This document shows, piece by piece, positions 45,726-60,262 of a stretch of 64,000 bases of DNA. Origin of the DNA: the human T2T-CHM13v2.0 reference genome, Homo sapiens; NCBI RefSeq assembly GCF_009914755.1, contig NC_060932.1. The stretch is one strand, 5' to 3'. The translations under genes and the position numbers were made by a program. Under the pieces are notes generated by a model that saw only the letters and a program-made list of their open reading frames with translations, had not been told where the DNA came from and did no database searches. The stretch's first letter is position 1. Every line of letters starts with the position of its first letter.

Positions 45726-46512
45726 CCATATTGCAGGGTCCTGGCTGGAGATGCATCAATAAACAAAATAGGCAAGTTATTTCCCCTCATGGCAATAGAG
45801 AATAAACATTCTCTTAATTAAGGGAATTTTAAGGAGAGAAAAATTGCTCCATGTAGATTGTCTTTTAAAATTGAATCATAAAATCATCCTTTTTGCTGTA
45901 CTGAGCCTTGAAAGGAGGTGTTTAAATAGTTCTTGATAGCATAACACTTTTGGATTACTTAACATTTTTCTATTTATTATTTTTTATGTTTCAGTGAATG
46001 CAGCATTTTTACTTTTTCTTAATGATTCATGTTTGAACTGAAAACCATCGAATTAGGAGTAGAGCAAACAGTGATAGGAATTGAAATATAGATTCTTGCA
46101 GATAAATGAAAAAACCCATTGGATAAATTAAATATATTTTTTATTTGCCAGCTCTGAAAACATTCTTCAGTTATTGTTGAATGATGTTGTAGGAGGGTGC
46201 ATTTGATGATTCAGGACTTAATGCAAGCTTTTCTAAAAACTTGATTTCTCATCAAGTATTTTAACATGTACAGCTTGAACAACATGGGCTTGAACTGTGT
46301 GGGTTCAGTTTCTTTCAATAACTATATTGGAAAATTTTTTTGAGATTTGTAACAATTTGAAAATTTGCAGATGAACCATTTAGCCTAGAAATATCAAAAT
46401 AATGAAGAAAAAGTTAGGTATGTTATGAATGCATACAATTTATGTGGATTTTGTCTATTTTATCATTTACTACCATGCAATATACAAAAATTTATTATAA
46501 AAAGTTAAAATT

Positions 46513-46790
46513 TGGCCAGGAATGGTGGCTCACGCCTCTAATTCCAGCGCTTTGGGAGGCCAAGGTGTGAGGATTCCTTGAGCCCAAGAGTTCCAGACCC
46601 CATTTCTAGAAAAATAAAAAGGTAACCAGGCATGGTGGCATGTGCCTATAGTCTCAGCTGTTTAGGAGGCTGAGGTGGGAGGATCACTTGCGCTCGGGAG
46701 ATTGAGGCTGCAGTGAGCCATGATCATGCCACTGCTCTCCAGCCTGAGTGACAGCGAGACCCTGTCTGTTTCAAACCCCAAAACCAAAAA
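46513..46790 (+). mobile_element. AluJ inside Tigger2
   Basis: Alu with an internal deletion; flanks aaag(t/g)taaaattt. Confidence 0.85.
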
Positions 46791-47151
46791 GGTAAAATTT
46801 GTTAAAACTTATGCACACAAATGCTTAGGGACCACACATGGCACCATTCAGAGCTGATAGAAATGTAAACAAACATAAAGATGCAGTATTAAATCATAAC
46901 TGCATAAAGTTAATTGTAGTACTACATGGTGTACTACTATAATAATTTCGTAGCCACCTTTTGTTGCTACTGCGGTGAGCTTTTGTGTTGTATCTGCTTA
47001 AAATGCTGTGTGATGGTAAGCATCTCCATGTGAGCAGTCCCTGAGCAGTTCCTCTCTACAGTATGACTGTGTATTGCAATAGAAAGTGATCTGTCACAGT
47101 TCTCACATATTTGTCATTGGGCTTAGTGCAATACTGTAAAATACTATAAAC

Positions 47152-47449
47152 TTTTGTTTTTTTTTTTTGAGACGAAGTCTTGGTCTGTTGCCCAGGCTGG
47201 AATACAGTGGCATGATCTTGGCTCACTAGCCTCTGCCTCCTGGGCTGAAGTGATTCTCGTTCCTCAACCTCCTGAGTAGCTGGGATTACAGGTGCTTGTG
47301 CCACCACACCCAGCTAATTTTTGTATTTTTAGTAGGGACGAGGTTTCATCTTGTTGGCTAGGCTGGTCTTGAACTCCTGGCCTCAAGTGATCTGCCCACC
47401 TTGGCCTCCCAAAGTACTGGGATTACAGGCATGAGCCACCGCGCCCAGC
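47152..47449 (-). mobile_element. AluS inside Tigger2
   Basis: Alu reverse complement; flanks ctataaac / ctgtaaac. Confidence 0.87.
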
Positions 47450-49155
47450 CCTGTAAACCTTGAATAACACCACAGGGTCCACACAGAGTGATTCTGGAAG
47501 TGGTTCCAAGAAGCAGAAAAAAGCCATGATGCTATAAGACAAAGTTGAGTTGCTTGATATGTACCACAGATTGAATTCTGCAGCTTCAGTTGCCTGCCCT
47601 TTCAAGAAAGATAAATTCAGCATAAGGACTATTGTAAAAAAATAAAAAATAAAAGGAAATCTGTGAAACCATTGCTTCAGTTTTGCCAGCTAGCACAAAC
47701 ACTTTTCACTTTTTGTGAAATACCTTTTTATTTTGTATTGAAAATGCAGCTTTTATGTGGGTGCAGGATTGCTATAAGAAAGGAATACTAGAGACTCTAA
47801 TAAGATTTGAGAAAAAGTGAAGTCATTATGTGACAACTTAAAGCAAAGAGAAGATGAAGGATCTGAAGGTGAAGAATTTAATGCCAGCAGATGATGGTTT
47901 GACAATTTTAGAAAGAGGTTTGGCTTAAAAAATTTCAAGAGAACAGGAGAAGTACTTTCTGCTACCAAGAAACTCATATTAGTCAGCAGATGAGTTTCCT
48001 AGGTGCCATTAAGAAAATTATTGAGGAGAAAGGATATCTACCTGAACAGATTTTAAGTGCAGATGAAAGTGCCCTATTCTGGAAAAAAATGCCACCAAGG
48101 ACATTTATTAGCAAGGAAGTGACGAGTGCTCACAGACCTGTGCCAGATGATAAGAAGTAGGAGAAGCAGTGCCAGAAAACAAATGGACATTGTACAGTCT
48201 GGCAGAAGGGTTCCAGTTATTCAAGATTGCCTTTGACTTTTTTTTATGACATGGACCATCCTATGATAGGGGCACTGCATTATTTGAAATAAATTTCTTG
48301 GAAAGACTGACCAGTCTTTGTATATGTTAATGGTCTTGCCAATTTCTGTTTTTCCTTATATTTTTGGTTGTGATTTGATAATGTGTTTAGATAAATAACT
48401 TGTCAAAAAATACATACATTTATAGTTTTTAAAACATGGCCTATGTGTATGAAATTAAAAGGATATAAAAAGCACAATTATAGGTAAATAGTATGTATCT
48501 TTATATTAGATTTTTTCCCTTTAATTTTTTTAGAAAGGGCACAAAGAGCATTTGACTTGACATATGTTAACAAGCAAGAGAGTGTTGGTCCAATGAGAAC
48601 AGAAAGTTTCCTTTGATTGTGATTTTGGAAAATTTGATATTTTCCACATGGAATTTTATGGTCAGTTGGGGTGAAGTTGTATAGGCAAATATGATGCATT
48701 TCCAATTCCCTAGTTTAATGTTTTAAACTTAGTAAAATAGTTTGTTTAGTGGTGTCCAAATGAGCATTTACAACTCATTCTTAGCTTATTGCCTTTAAAT
48801 TTGATTTTTGGTTATTGGAGAATATTTCTACATGACCTATATCTATGTCAGAATAATTATATTGACTTTTCCTCAGTATTTGGCTTTGCCTGTGCACAGC
48901 AGTGGGAAAATATTATCCTGTGACAACATTCTATTCTAGTGACAGCATTTTAAAAAATGTATCTTTCTTTCATTATTTTTGTGAGGGAGAGTGAAAGTCA
49001 GTAGTATTCTTTGAGTTCAAAAGAACTCTACGTTGTTAATGTATTTTTTTTTAAAGCGAAATGGCTTGGTTAGTAATTATTAAATTTAGCCTAGGTTTTC
49101 TTTTTATGACTACCTTTAAATTTTTTTCTTAACTGTGTTTTGATGATTTAATTTC

Positions 49156-49326
49156 TTTTTATTTTTTATTTTATTTTTTTTTTATTATACTCTAAGTTTT
49201 AGGGTACATGTGCACATTGTGCAGGTTAGTTACATATGTATACATGTGCCATGCTGGTGCGCTGCACCCACTAATGTGTCATCTAGCATTAGGTATATCT
49301 CCCAATGCTATCCCTCCCCCCTCCCC
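49156..49326 (-). mobile_element. L1HS-Ta, severely 5'-truncated (about 143 nt of 3' UTR plus poly(A))
   Basis: Minus strand GATGAC-ACA-TTAGTGGG (ACA at 49275-49277) and AAAACTTAGAGTATAATAAA (G at 49192), the two Ta-diagnostic sites. Confidence 0.9.
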
Positions 49327-49573
49327 TTGAAATGTAAGAACAAATAATCATTGGCGGTTCCCATATTCAAAAGATCAGATAGTGCTTAGGTTAGTGACAG
49401 AAGAAAATTTCTAATAATAGCATCATAATCCCCTTGTATAGCATTTTGTACTTAACTAAGTTTCACTGCATACAGGAAGTTTTTTGATACTCACAACCAA
49501 CCTTTGAAATAAACAGGTTAGGTATCCTTATTTCTATTTTATAGATCTGGAAATGGAGGATTAGGGAAGGTGA

Positions 49574-49954
<381 letters not shown>

Positions 49955-51339
49955 TGATGTTGGAACTATTAATAGCATGTTGATTAATAGCTATTAATAG
50001 CAGGTTCTAGATAAGAACTTTGTATTCTTCATTATGCCTTATAACTTAAAAAATACTGCCAGCTTCTTAGAAGAATCTGTTAATACTTAGCATTGTTCAG
50101 ATTTCAACTGACTAATGAGTCATTTATTCATTAAAAAAAAATTTTGGTGCCTATCATGTTAAAACTGTTGTGTTGTAGGCCTTGGAGTGTGAATACCACT
50201 TGGTCTTTGTGTTTCCTTTCTTGATACTTTAAGAATTTAGACAGGTGTTCTTAAATACTGTCTAACTCATACATCTGCAGCCAAGTTTGTTTGTTTGTTT
50301 GGCTTGTTTTTGGAAGATCTAATTATGACCTCTTTACTAGAATACTTTGCTTCTTACAATTTATATGGTAAAGTTTAAAAGCTTTAAAATATTCTTTGAT
50401 GCCCTCTATGGTCTGGCCCCTGCTTGGCTTTCTACACTCATCTGAAACGTCCTCCTCTCTGTCCCCTCCTTCTTGCTTTTAAAAATTTTCTCTCCTTTTA
50501 CCAAATTGTTCACTATTATTGTTTTACTATTCTGTATCCTAAATAACTGTAACTGACTCCAGATGCTAGTCCAGTTGATACTTTTTCTGACCTGGTCACA
50601 TCCCCTCTAAAATATGCTTTAAAATATGAGATAATGTTCTTGTTTTTCATTGTACTTTTCATAGAAGTGATTTTACACTGCTTTGTGTGATTATTTAATA
50701 GCCTTTCCCACTCGTTTTATTTTAAGCTCCATAAGAAACATCTCTTTTTCTGTGGGGCACGTTTATCGTGAAAACCTCGCATCTGTTGTAGACATGAGTA
50801 AATATTTATTGGCATGCGTCTGGCTGTTTCTTTAACAATTTCAATTTTTTTTTTGGTTTTCTGATTTATGAGGTTTTAGATTGTATACTTTTTTGACAAT
50901 CAAGTTCTATCTCCTATTAGCTCACATTATACATGCAAAACTTACTCTTGGCCAAAGTGAAAATCAGTGATGTTAATTACTTAAATTAAACTAAAATTTT
51001 AGTGACTTTTCCTATTCAGAGTTCTCAAGGTAATATTTGAAAGTTATTAATTACATATATAAAATATATTGTATAAACACACTTCATCTCCTTTTTTTCC
51101 TGAGCAGTTACATTCTTATTTTAAGTAGATGAATTGTCTGTTTTAAATTAACTTGTCTAGAAGATGAGATAATGTAAAGGCATCTTACTTCTTTTGTATT
51201 TTGTTTGTTTGCTACCACACATCAGTTAACCATTATTTAAGCTGTTCCATATTCCGTAATACTAGCACCACTTTTTGGCTCATATCGAGCAAGTATAGTA
51301 TATAGGCCATTCCCTCCAGAGACTTACAACTCATGCTGC

Positions 51340-53700
51340 AACTCATTTATAAATATTTATTGGGTCCATGGTATAATTCCAGTCATCATTCTACATGCTG
51401 GGAATGCAGTGGTAAACAAAATAGACCTTGTCTCTGTTTCATGGAGCCAATATTCTGAAGAGGTAGAGCCAACACTGCATTAAGACAAATACATGCATTT
51501 CAGATAATGGTGAGTAATAAGAAAAATTATGGCCAATGGGATAGAAAATGAATGTTTTGGGGAGTTTATTTGTCTAAAATGGTCAGGGAAGTTCTCTTAC
51601 ATGGATGTGACTTTTGACTCCAACCTAAATGACCAGTCAATGGCAGCCATACAAAGATTTTGGGAAATTGTGTTGCAAGTGTTGGGAATAGCTGGTGCAG
51701 GTCTCAAGGTAGAAATAGATATAGTTCATATGAAGGACAGATAGAAGTCAAGTGTGACTGCAACATAGTAAAGGGAGATAGATAAGAGATTAAATTGGAG
51801 AGGTGGTCTATTCACAAATAAAAGCAACGTAAGTAGGTATAACCTGAACAATTTTTAGCCTTAATAGTAGAGAAATAAAGATTTAAACAATGTAGAATTA
51901 ACCATCTTTTTTGTGTACTGTTAAATGAATATAATATTCAGAATGTTAAGGATTGTGACACCAGTGGTGGAAATTTAATATGACAGATCCTTACAACTTT
52001 TCTGCTGTACAGCTTGACTATATCCATCAAAATCTGTAAGCATGAATATCTTTTACTCAGCATGTCCATTTTTAGGAGTTTGTCCTTAGATATAATTAAG
52101 CGAATGACCAATAATTAGTTATGATAAAATGGAAAAATGTAAATAGCAAATAATGAAAAACAGGTTGTATAAATTATGTTACACTCATACCAGTTAGCAA
52201 TATGTAGGATAGCCATTAAAATTTTGTTGTAGTATATGTTTATTGGTATAGAAATGTTCTCATGATAAATATCGAGTGAAAAAAGGTCACAGAACAGAGG
52301 GATACAGAGTTAGTCTATTAATCTGAACAAAAAATATGCTTGCACAGGTAAAAAGGCTGGGCTATTGCTAAACTGTTTGTGATGGTGTTATGTGAGTGGT
52401 AGGTAATGTGTGGTTTATGTATTATAGTGGTTAGGAGCATGGACCTCAGAACTGGATTCCTTGCATTTAAATATAGGCTCTGCCACTTCCTAGCCTTGTG
52501 GCTGAGAAAGTCTTTGTGTCTGAGTTTCCTCATTTGTAAAAGGGGCAATTCTTAATTCTTACCTTCGAGTTATTTTGAGGCTTAAATGAGTTAACAAATA
52601 TGAGCTGCTTTGAATAGTGCCTGACACATAACAAGTTCTTTATGCAAGTTAGCTGTGATTATTACTATTGCATATTTACTTTTTTCTGACTTTTTTCAGT
52701 GAACATACATTTATAAAATTGATGGGTCACCTTTCTCTCAAAGATTGTATAAAGTTTTATTTGACATGCCAAAAAGGAAAAGTTTGTTTTTAATCACATG
52801 TATTAATATAATAGGTATAATCTATTAATAAATTTATAAACTTCTATAAAGCAGTTAAGAAAATAAACTGAGGAACAGACTGAGTAAAAAGATGCACAAA
52901 ACATCTGAAAAAATTATTGTATACAGAATATATGAAAATATCCTACAGTTGAATAAGAAAAAATACAACCAATTAAAAAATGGGCAAAAGACTTGAACAG
53001 ACATTTCACAAAGGAAGGGTCACCAAACACATAAAAAAGAACCCAACAACTATACATAAGGGAATTGCAGATTAAAACCATGTTGAGAATGATCATAACA
53101 GCTTTATTCAAAATAATCCCAAACTGAAATAACCCTGGAGATTAAATAAATTGTGGTATATTTAAACAACAAATACCACTCATCAATAAAAAATAATGAA
53201 CTACTGATATATACAGTTGTGTTTCCTGAGTGAAAAGAACTGGGCACAACAGAAACATGGTATGATTCTATTTATATGAATTTCTGGAACAGGCAAAATT
53301 AATCTGTAGTGGAAAAAAGTCTAAATTGCCTTTGGGAGGATGAAGGAGGAAGGATTGATTGGGAAGAACACAGGGAATTTTCTGGGGAGATGGTGATTTC
53401 AGTATCTTTTTGGGGTGAGGGTTATAACACAGTTATGAGTATTTGTCAAGATTCATGAAATTCTACAGTTTTTAGAATATATAAAAAGAATATAAAATTC
53501 TTTTTATATTTTACTGTTTGTAAATTTTACCTAAAGAAAAAAGGACTGAAAACAAAATTGAAATCTGTTTGCTTTTTTGCAGTGGAATGAGTTAGCAACT
53601 AATGATATGAGTTAAGCAATTCTTAAAGCACTTTCTGTGTATTCTAGGCTTGACTAAATAAGTAGGCTTATTCAGAGTAATGGTATCCAGGTTTTTCACC
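51340..53700. mobile_element. Cluster of old L2, L1ME and MIR fragments
   Basis: L2 3' end near 51345, MIR near 52420-52660, and L1 motif aaatgggcaaaagacttgaacagacatttcacaaa near 52980. Confidence 0.6.
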
Positions 53701-53756
53701 TGTGGAGAAGGAGTTACAAATATGTTAAAGAGAAAGTCTATATTTATTTATCGTTT

Positions 53757-54080
<324 letters not shown>

Positions 54081-54769
54081 TCATGGAAAAAAAAGAGGAG
54101 GAAGACCATAATTCACCTTGGTATTGTATTTGAATTGGAGGTATCAGAATGAACTCATGGTTTTTAATACAAAGATATGTCACATTTACACCTTTTTGTT
54201 CATATTGTTGCCGTTTTCTTCTTATTTAACATCAGTACTTTTGTTGAATTTAGACACTAGGTTGAGACATTATGCCCCGCTGCTGCTCTATTGACGGTAT
54301 ATTGAAGTTTATATAGGTTAATGGGGTTTTTGTTTGTTTTTCTTTTTTTTGAAGAATTTTTTCTTTGCATGAAATTTTACTCTGGAGATTAATATGTAAA
54401 AAGTTCAACATACATATTGAAATGCTCAGATGGAATTGGGGAGATATGCAGCCTAGTAGTTTGCATTTGGTCTCTGCATGGCAGATGTTTGGATAAACAA
54501 TGAATATCTTTTGGTATGTTAGATATTAAGTTCTCAGTAAGCACAGAGTGGCTTTTTAACTGTATTATTGTGTAGCATCGAATAGTATCTAATACTTAGT
54601 ACTTGCCTAATAAATGTGGACTTAAATTGGGTATTTTTTCTTTTGAATTGTAGTGTTTCAGAGTGTTGGAAAATCTTAGTAACTAATATATAAATATATT
54701 TTTTCATAAATGTAGTATTGAAGTAATAAAGGTAATCCTTAAGTAAACTATAAGTATTCATTTTTAAAA

Positions 54770-55460
54770 AATGACTATATTGAGGTATAATTTACATACC
54801 ATAAAATTAATCTGTTTTTAAGCATACAATTCAATGATTTTTAGTAAATTTACCAAGTTGAGCATTCATCAACATAATCATGTCACCCTAATTAGATCCT
54901 CTTTGTTACAGTTAATCCTAATTCTTACCCCAACTTCAAGGAACTGTAGATTTACTTTCTGTATCTCTAGAAATAGAAAATATCTCTAGACATGTTCTGT
55001 CCCTGGAATCTATAATATGTTGTGGTCTTTTGTTTCAGGGTTCATCTACCTTGTAACATGTATTAGTACTTCACTTCTTTTTATTGCTAAATAGTAGTCA
55101 ATTGGTTGGATAGACCACTTTTTATTTATCCATTCACCAGCTGATAGACATTTGTGTTGCTTACACTTTTAAGGCTATTATGAATAATGCTGCCATGAAC
55201 ATGTAGTCTTTGTGTGGACTTAATGGTTTCATTTCTCTTGGGTAGATACCTACAGGGGTATGGTTGGATTATATAGTAAATTTATGTTTAACTTTTTAAG
55301 AAACTGCAATCTGTTTTGCAATATGATATCATTTTATATTCCTTCCAACAATGTATGAGGTTCTTGTTTTTTCACAGCCCTGCTGACATTTGTTATTGTC
55401 TGTCTTTTTGATTATGTCCATTCCAGTGGGGTTGAAATAGTATCTCATGGTAGTTTTATA
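54770..55460 (-). mobile_element. L1MB/ME-type 3' fragment
   Basis: ttgaggtataatttacatacc...ggctattatgaataatgctgc. Confidence 0.7.
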
Positions 55461-55722
55461 AGAATTCATTTTTGTTTGCTTAGTTCATTTTAAGATTTTG
55501 GATTTTATGTATGGTAATAAGACATTTATTACACTTTTATTTTAGTGGTAGGCAGCTTTTCTTATATTTTCCTATTTTTCATCTAATATTTTAATTCAAA
55601 TAAAACTATTCCAGAAATTTGAAAAATGTTAACATATTTTTATATCTCGACAAACAGGATATAATTTGTATTTTATTTGCAAATGCTAAAATCATTGTAA
55701 TTAAAAATATATGACAAAAGCT

Positions 55723-56020
55723 GGCCAGGCATGGTGGCTCACACCTGTAATCCTAGCACTTTGGGAGGCAGATGCTGGTGGATCACTTCAGGTCAGGAGT
55801 TTGAGACCAGCCTGGCCAACATGGCGAAACCCCGTCTCTACCAAAAATACAAAAATTAGCCAGGTGCAGTGGCACGCTCCTGTAATCCCAGCTACTCTGG
55901 AGGCTGAGGCACGAGAGTCTCTTGAACCTGGAGGCGGAGGCTGCAGTGAGCTGAGATCGTGCCACTGCACTTCAGCCTCAGGGACAGAGCGAGACTCTGC
56001 TTTGAAAAAAAGAAAAAAAA
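55723..56020 (+). mobile_element. AluS
   Basis: Full Alu; TSD atg(a/g)caaaagct. Confidence 0.88.
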
Positions 56021-58700
56021 TGGCAAAAGCTAATGGATGTTGAAAAAGATACTCCGATACACTGCTGACGAATGTGAAAATTCAGCGTGATATCATGTAT
56101 GCATTAAAAAGACCACTGTAGAAGGATTTGTATTCATGTAAAGATCTTAGTGATCTCTAAGATATGTTGTTTACTCATATCAAGTAGGCTGTAGACATAC
56201 ACCTATGTGTATATTCTCATTAAAATTATAAATGTATATTTGAGTGCATGAAATGAATATACAGAGGTCTGCAGGGATATATGATAAACTCATAAAAAGT
56301 TGTTACCTGTAGAGTGTGGAGTTGGGAGTAAATAGTATTAGCTTTTCATTTTATCTATTTAATTTTTTAAAACTTTAAAAACTTTTTTTCTTTTCATTGA
56401 GTATTGATGTGTAAGTTAAGTAGTCACTGTGTAAAGAAATATACATCTTAGCTTTTTAAACTGTTTTCATTTCTAAGTTGAGTTAGCAAAGAACTGTACT
56501 CATTTTATTTTGGAAAAAGTGAACTAATCTTATTTTACTGTACAGGATATGAGTAATAACAAAAATACATTTTTGGAACCAGTTTGTAGGTTCAAACTTT
56601 GCATTTTGGGACTCTATATAAATCTTTAGATCCAGCTGTTGCTGAGAATATTCTTTCAATTGCTATGAGGTGTGTTGATTTTAAAAGAATGGATGGCTGT
56701 TCCTCAAGTGTACATATGGCAAAAATTTAATGGTATCGCTATGAACTTGAATGGATTGTTTAATTTCTTTGCATCGAGTAGTAAGAACCACACTTCCATC
56801 ATTTTTATTTAAAATTTAGAAGAAGGAATTTTTTTTTATAGAAATGCCCATTTGGTCCTGAAATTTCATCAGCTCTCTGTTATAGTTTGTCAACAAATGG
56901 TACAAGCAAAGTCTTTCAAAGTATTTGTTAATTAGGCCATATTCATTTTTAGTCTTCGCTACTATACAGTCAAGACCTACTTGTTTCTATTTCCTTTAAT
57001 TTATCCTGGAGTTTGTCCAAGTTGAGTTTTAATGAGTTGTTTATCCCACTAGTTACACTAGGATTTATTTTTCCCTAGAGAGTAATGTTTGAATTGATAG
57101 TTTTTAAACCTATTCTGTAAAATGAACATATGTTCAGACTAAGACTTCTGGATATGAGGAATAGGCATGTGTTAAAGAAATTATTTTATATTCAACAGCT
57201 TAACTGTTAAAATGGAAATTTAGTGATATTTCAAAATATTAGGTAAGTCCAGAAGTTAGAAATTTTTGGTATGAATTTATATTGAACTATTTTGTTTTAA
57301 GTAAAGTTTAATAAATATGTAGTAGTCTAAATCACAAGGAAAAATACACTTTTTATTGTGCATTTTTATTGACACTTTAATGACTCCCCCAAATAGTTTA
57401 AATAAAGTTGTAAAAGCTGTTGATCTTTAAAAAATTTTTTGAGGTGAATATGGTATAATGTTATGTCTTGATGAATTGGTAATAGATACATTGAGTATTT
57501 GTTATTTTCTACATTTGTTAACCAGTTACAAATATTTCAAAATTGACAAAAACAAAAGAGAAAAACCCCTCTTCATTGGTATTGTTACATTAACAGATAA
57601 TTGTGTAAGATACCATCTATACCCAAATCATTTTAAATTTATTTATGTCAGTTTAAATACTACTGGAGTATCTAACAGAAGTATAAATAGAATGTATTTT
57701 TATTTGTTGTGGGTTACAGCTGAAAAATAAACCACAAAGACATATCCTGTGTGTATAATTGGCGTGTTTATTATTGAATTCTAACTTTTGTACAAAGTAA
57801 GCTTCTCCTTTGATATTAAAATAATTAAGGAGAGAATTTTTCCCTACCCTTGGGCATTACTAAAATGTACAATATATTAATCTTTCTGAATTTGCATGTG
57901 TTTAAGTTTTTATTCAAGTCTATGTTATCCATTTGGGAACATTTTAGGTGATATAAGCTGGCTTGAAAGGGTACCATATACGGTAGCTGAATTTATTATG
58001 AAATAGTAAAGACCTGCTTGTAAAAAAAATGAATCCCATCTATAATATTGCCATACAAATACTTACTGCTGTAGTTATATGAACATGGCTCTTGCTACAC
58101 GATAGGACCTCCTAATTGCCACAGAGTGCCTGAAGATAGATTAATTGTACATTTTCGTATTATAGGAGATATTCCAAATATCTGTGTTCTTTACTACTTA
58201 TCACTAATAAAATGTTGTGGGTTTTTTGGTGCAGGGGCGGGGGGCGGTTCAGGAATTTGAACAGAAATTTGAGAACATAGTGGAGAGACCTAGTTAACTA
58301 TTTTAAAATGCTTATAGAATAAAAAGGAAAATGAGAAAGAAAAGAAAATGTCTTTAAAAATATTCTAAATGTTGGAAAAGCGAAAGGAAATAATAAGGAT
58401 AATTACATTCAGATTTATGAATTGAGTCATATTTGTTTATCCTTCTATTTCTTTTGATCTCTACTACTTTACCTGTTTGGCATAAGGGATCTTTTATTTA
58501 CTGCATATTTATTTTCTGGTCCATTCATTCCAATCCTTTGGCTTTTATAGCCAAATATGATCAGAATTGTGGATTGAGGGACACAGGTAGTGTCACATGT
58601 TGCTATTAAGGATTTGAAAGTTGTTGGATGGGATAGTGGCTTTCTTATTGGGCAACTGTGTATTTGATTGATCTTACATACTAATTAAGAGAGATGGGTA

Positions 58701-59030
58701 GGCCGGGTGCAGTGACTCATGCCTGTAATCCCAACACTTTGGGAGGGTGAGGCAGGATGATTGCTTGAGCCCAGGAGTTTGAGACCAGCCTGGGCAACTA
58801 AGTGAGATCCTGTCTCTATAAAAAAATAAAAATTAGCCGGGCATGCTGGTATGCACCCATTGTCCCAGTTACTCGGGTGACTGAGGTGGGAGGATTGCTT
58901 AAGCCTGGGAGATGGAGGCTGCAGTGAACCGTGATCATGCTACTGCATTCCAACCAGGGCTAGAGTGAGACCCTGTCTTAAAAAGAGAGAGAGAGAGTGA
59001 CGGAGACAGAGACAGAGACAGACAGAGGCA
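58701..59030 (+). mobile_element. AluJ whose tail has become a (GA)n/(GAGACA)n microsatellite
   Basis: Full Alu followed by agagagagagagtgacggagacagagac. Confidence 0.85.
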
Positions 59031-59159
59031 GGGGTGACCCTAGGCTTTTGTTTTTGTTGTTTGGACATTTTTTTTTTTTTTTTTTTTGTGAGGGAAGGCA
59101 TTGGTATTTGAATCAGTTTTGCTAAGAACAGAGTTCTAATACTTTAGGGACCTAGTTTG

Positions 59160-59960
59160 TTTTCATTGAGCTAAAATTTACAACATAAATTTCATCATTT
59201 TAAAGTGTACAATTAAGTGGTTTTTACTATATTCACAGTTTTGTGCAGTCATCACCACTATCTAATTCCAGAACATTTTCAAAACCTCAAAAAAGAAATT
59301 CTGTCTCTATGAGTCTAGACATTTTATAATAACAGAATAATATAATATGTGACTTTTTGGTCTGACTTCTTTCAGTTAATGTAATATTTTAAAGGTTCAT
59401 CCATGTTATATAGCATGTATCAGTATTTAATTTTTTATCACTGAATAATATTCCTTTGTATGGATCGAATACATTTTGTTTATTCATCAGTTGGGGTACA
59501 TTTGTGTTGTTCTCATTTTTTGGCTAAGAATAGTGCCGCAATGAACATTCTTGTGCAATTTTTTGGTATGAACATGTTTTCAGTCCTCTTGGGTATGTAT
59601 ATACCTATGAATATAATTGCTGGGTCATATGATAACTCAATGTTCATCTTTTTTACAAATTGCCAAATTGTGTTTTACATAGTAACTATACCTCTGTGCG
59701 TGATGTTCCAATTTCTACCTATTCAGGCCATACTTGTTATTTTCTGCTTATTTTTATTTTTTAAAATTACATCCCTTCTGATGGGTATGAAGTGGTATCT
59801 TGTGGTTTTGATTTTCATTTCCCTGATGTCTAATAATGTTGAGCATTTTTTCATGCGCTTATTGGCCATTTGTATATCTTCTTTGTCAAGTGTCTTTTCA
59901 GGTCCTATGTTCACTTTAAAAATTGGGCTGTGTATCTTGTTCTTGTTGAATTATGAGAGT
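59160..59960 (-). mobile_element. L1MB-type 3' fragment
   Basis: ORF 59723..59914(-) contains KEDIQMANKRMKKCSTLL..REMKIKTTRYH, the L1 ORF2 C-terminus. Confidence 0.8.
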
Positions 59961-59975
59961 TATGAATTATGAGAG

Positions 59976-60262
59976 CGATCTCGGCTCACTGCAAGCTCCG
60001 CCTCCCGGGTTCACACCATTCTCCTGCCTCAGCCTCCCCAGTAACTGGGACCACAGGCACCTGCCACCACGCCCGGCTAATTTTTTGTATTTTTAGTAGA
60101 GAGGGGGTTTCATCATGTTAGCCCGGCTAATTTTTTGCATTTTTAGTAGAGAGGGGGTTTCACCGTGTTAGCCAGGATGGTCTCGATCTCCTGACCTCGT
60201 GATCCACCTGCCTCGGCCTCCCAGAGTGCTGGGATTACAGGCGTGAGCCACCGCGCCCGGCC
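59976..60262 (-). mobile_element. AluY lacking its 3' end, with a 50-bp internal tandem duplication
   Basis: Starts at cgatctcggctcactgcaagctcc with no poly(T); 60071-60120 is repeated at 60121-60170. Confidence 0.9.

Larger units (their letters stand above)
46270..48277 (+). mobile_element. Tigger2, internally deleted and 3'-truncated, with two Alu insertions
   Basis: Start cttgaacaacatgggcttgaactg; transposase remnants [18 protein letters not shown] and (N)ADESALFWKK. Confidence 0.8.
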
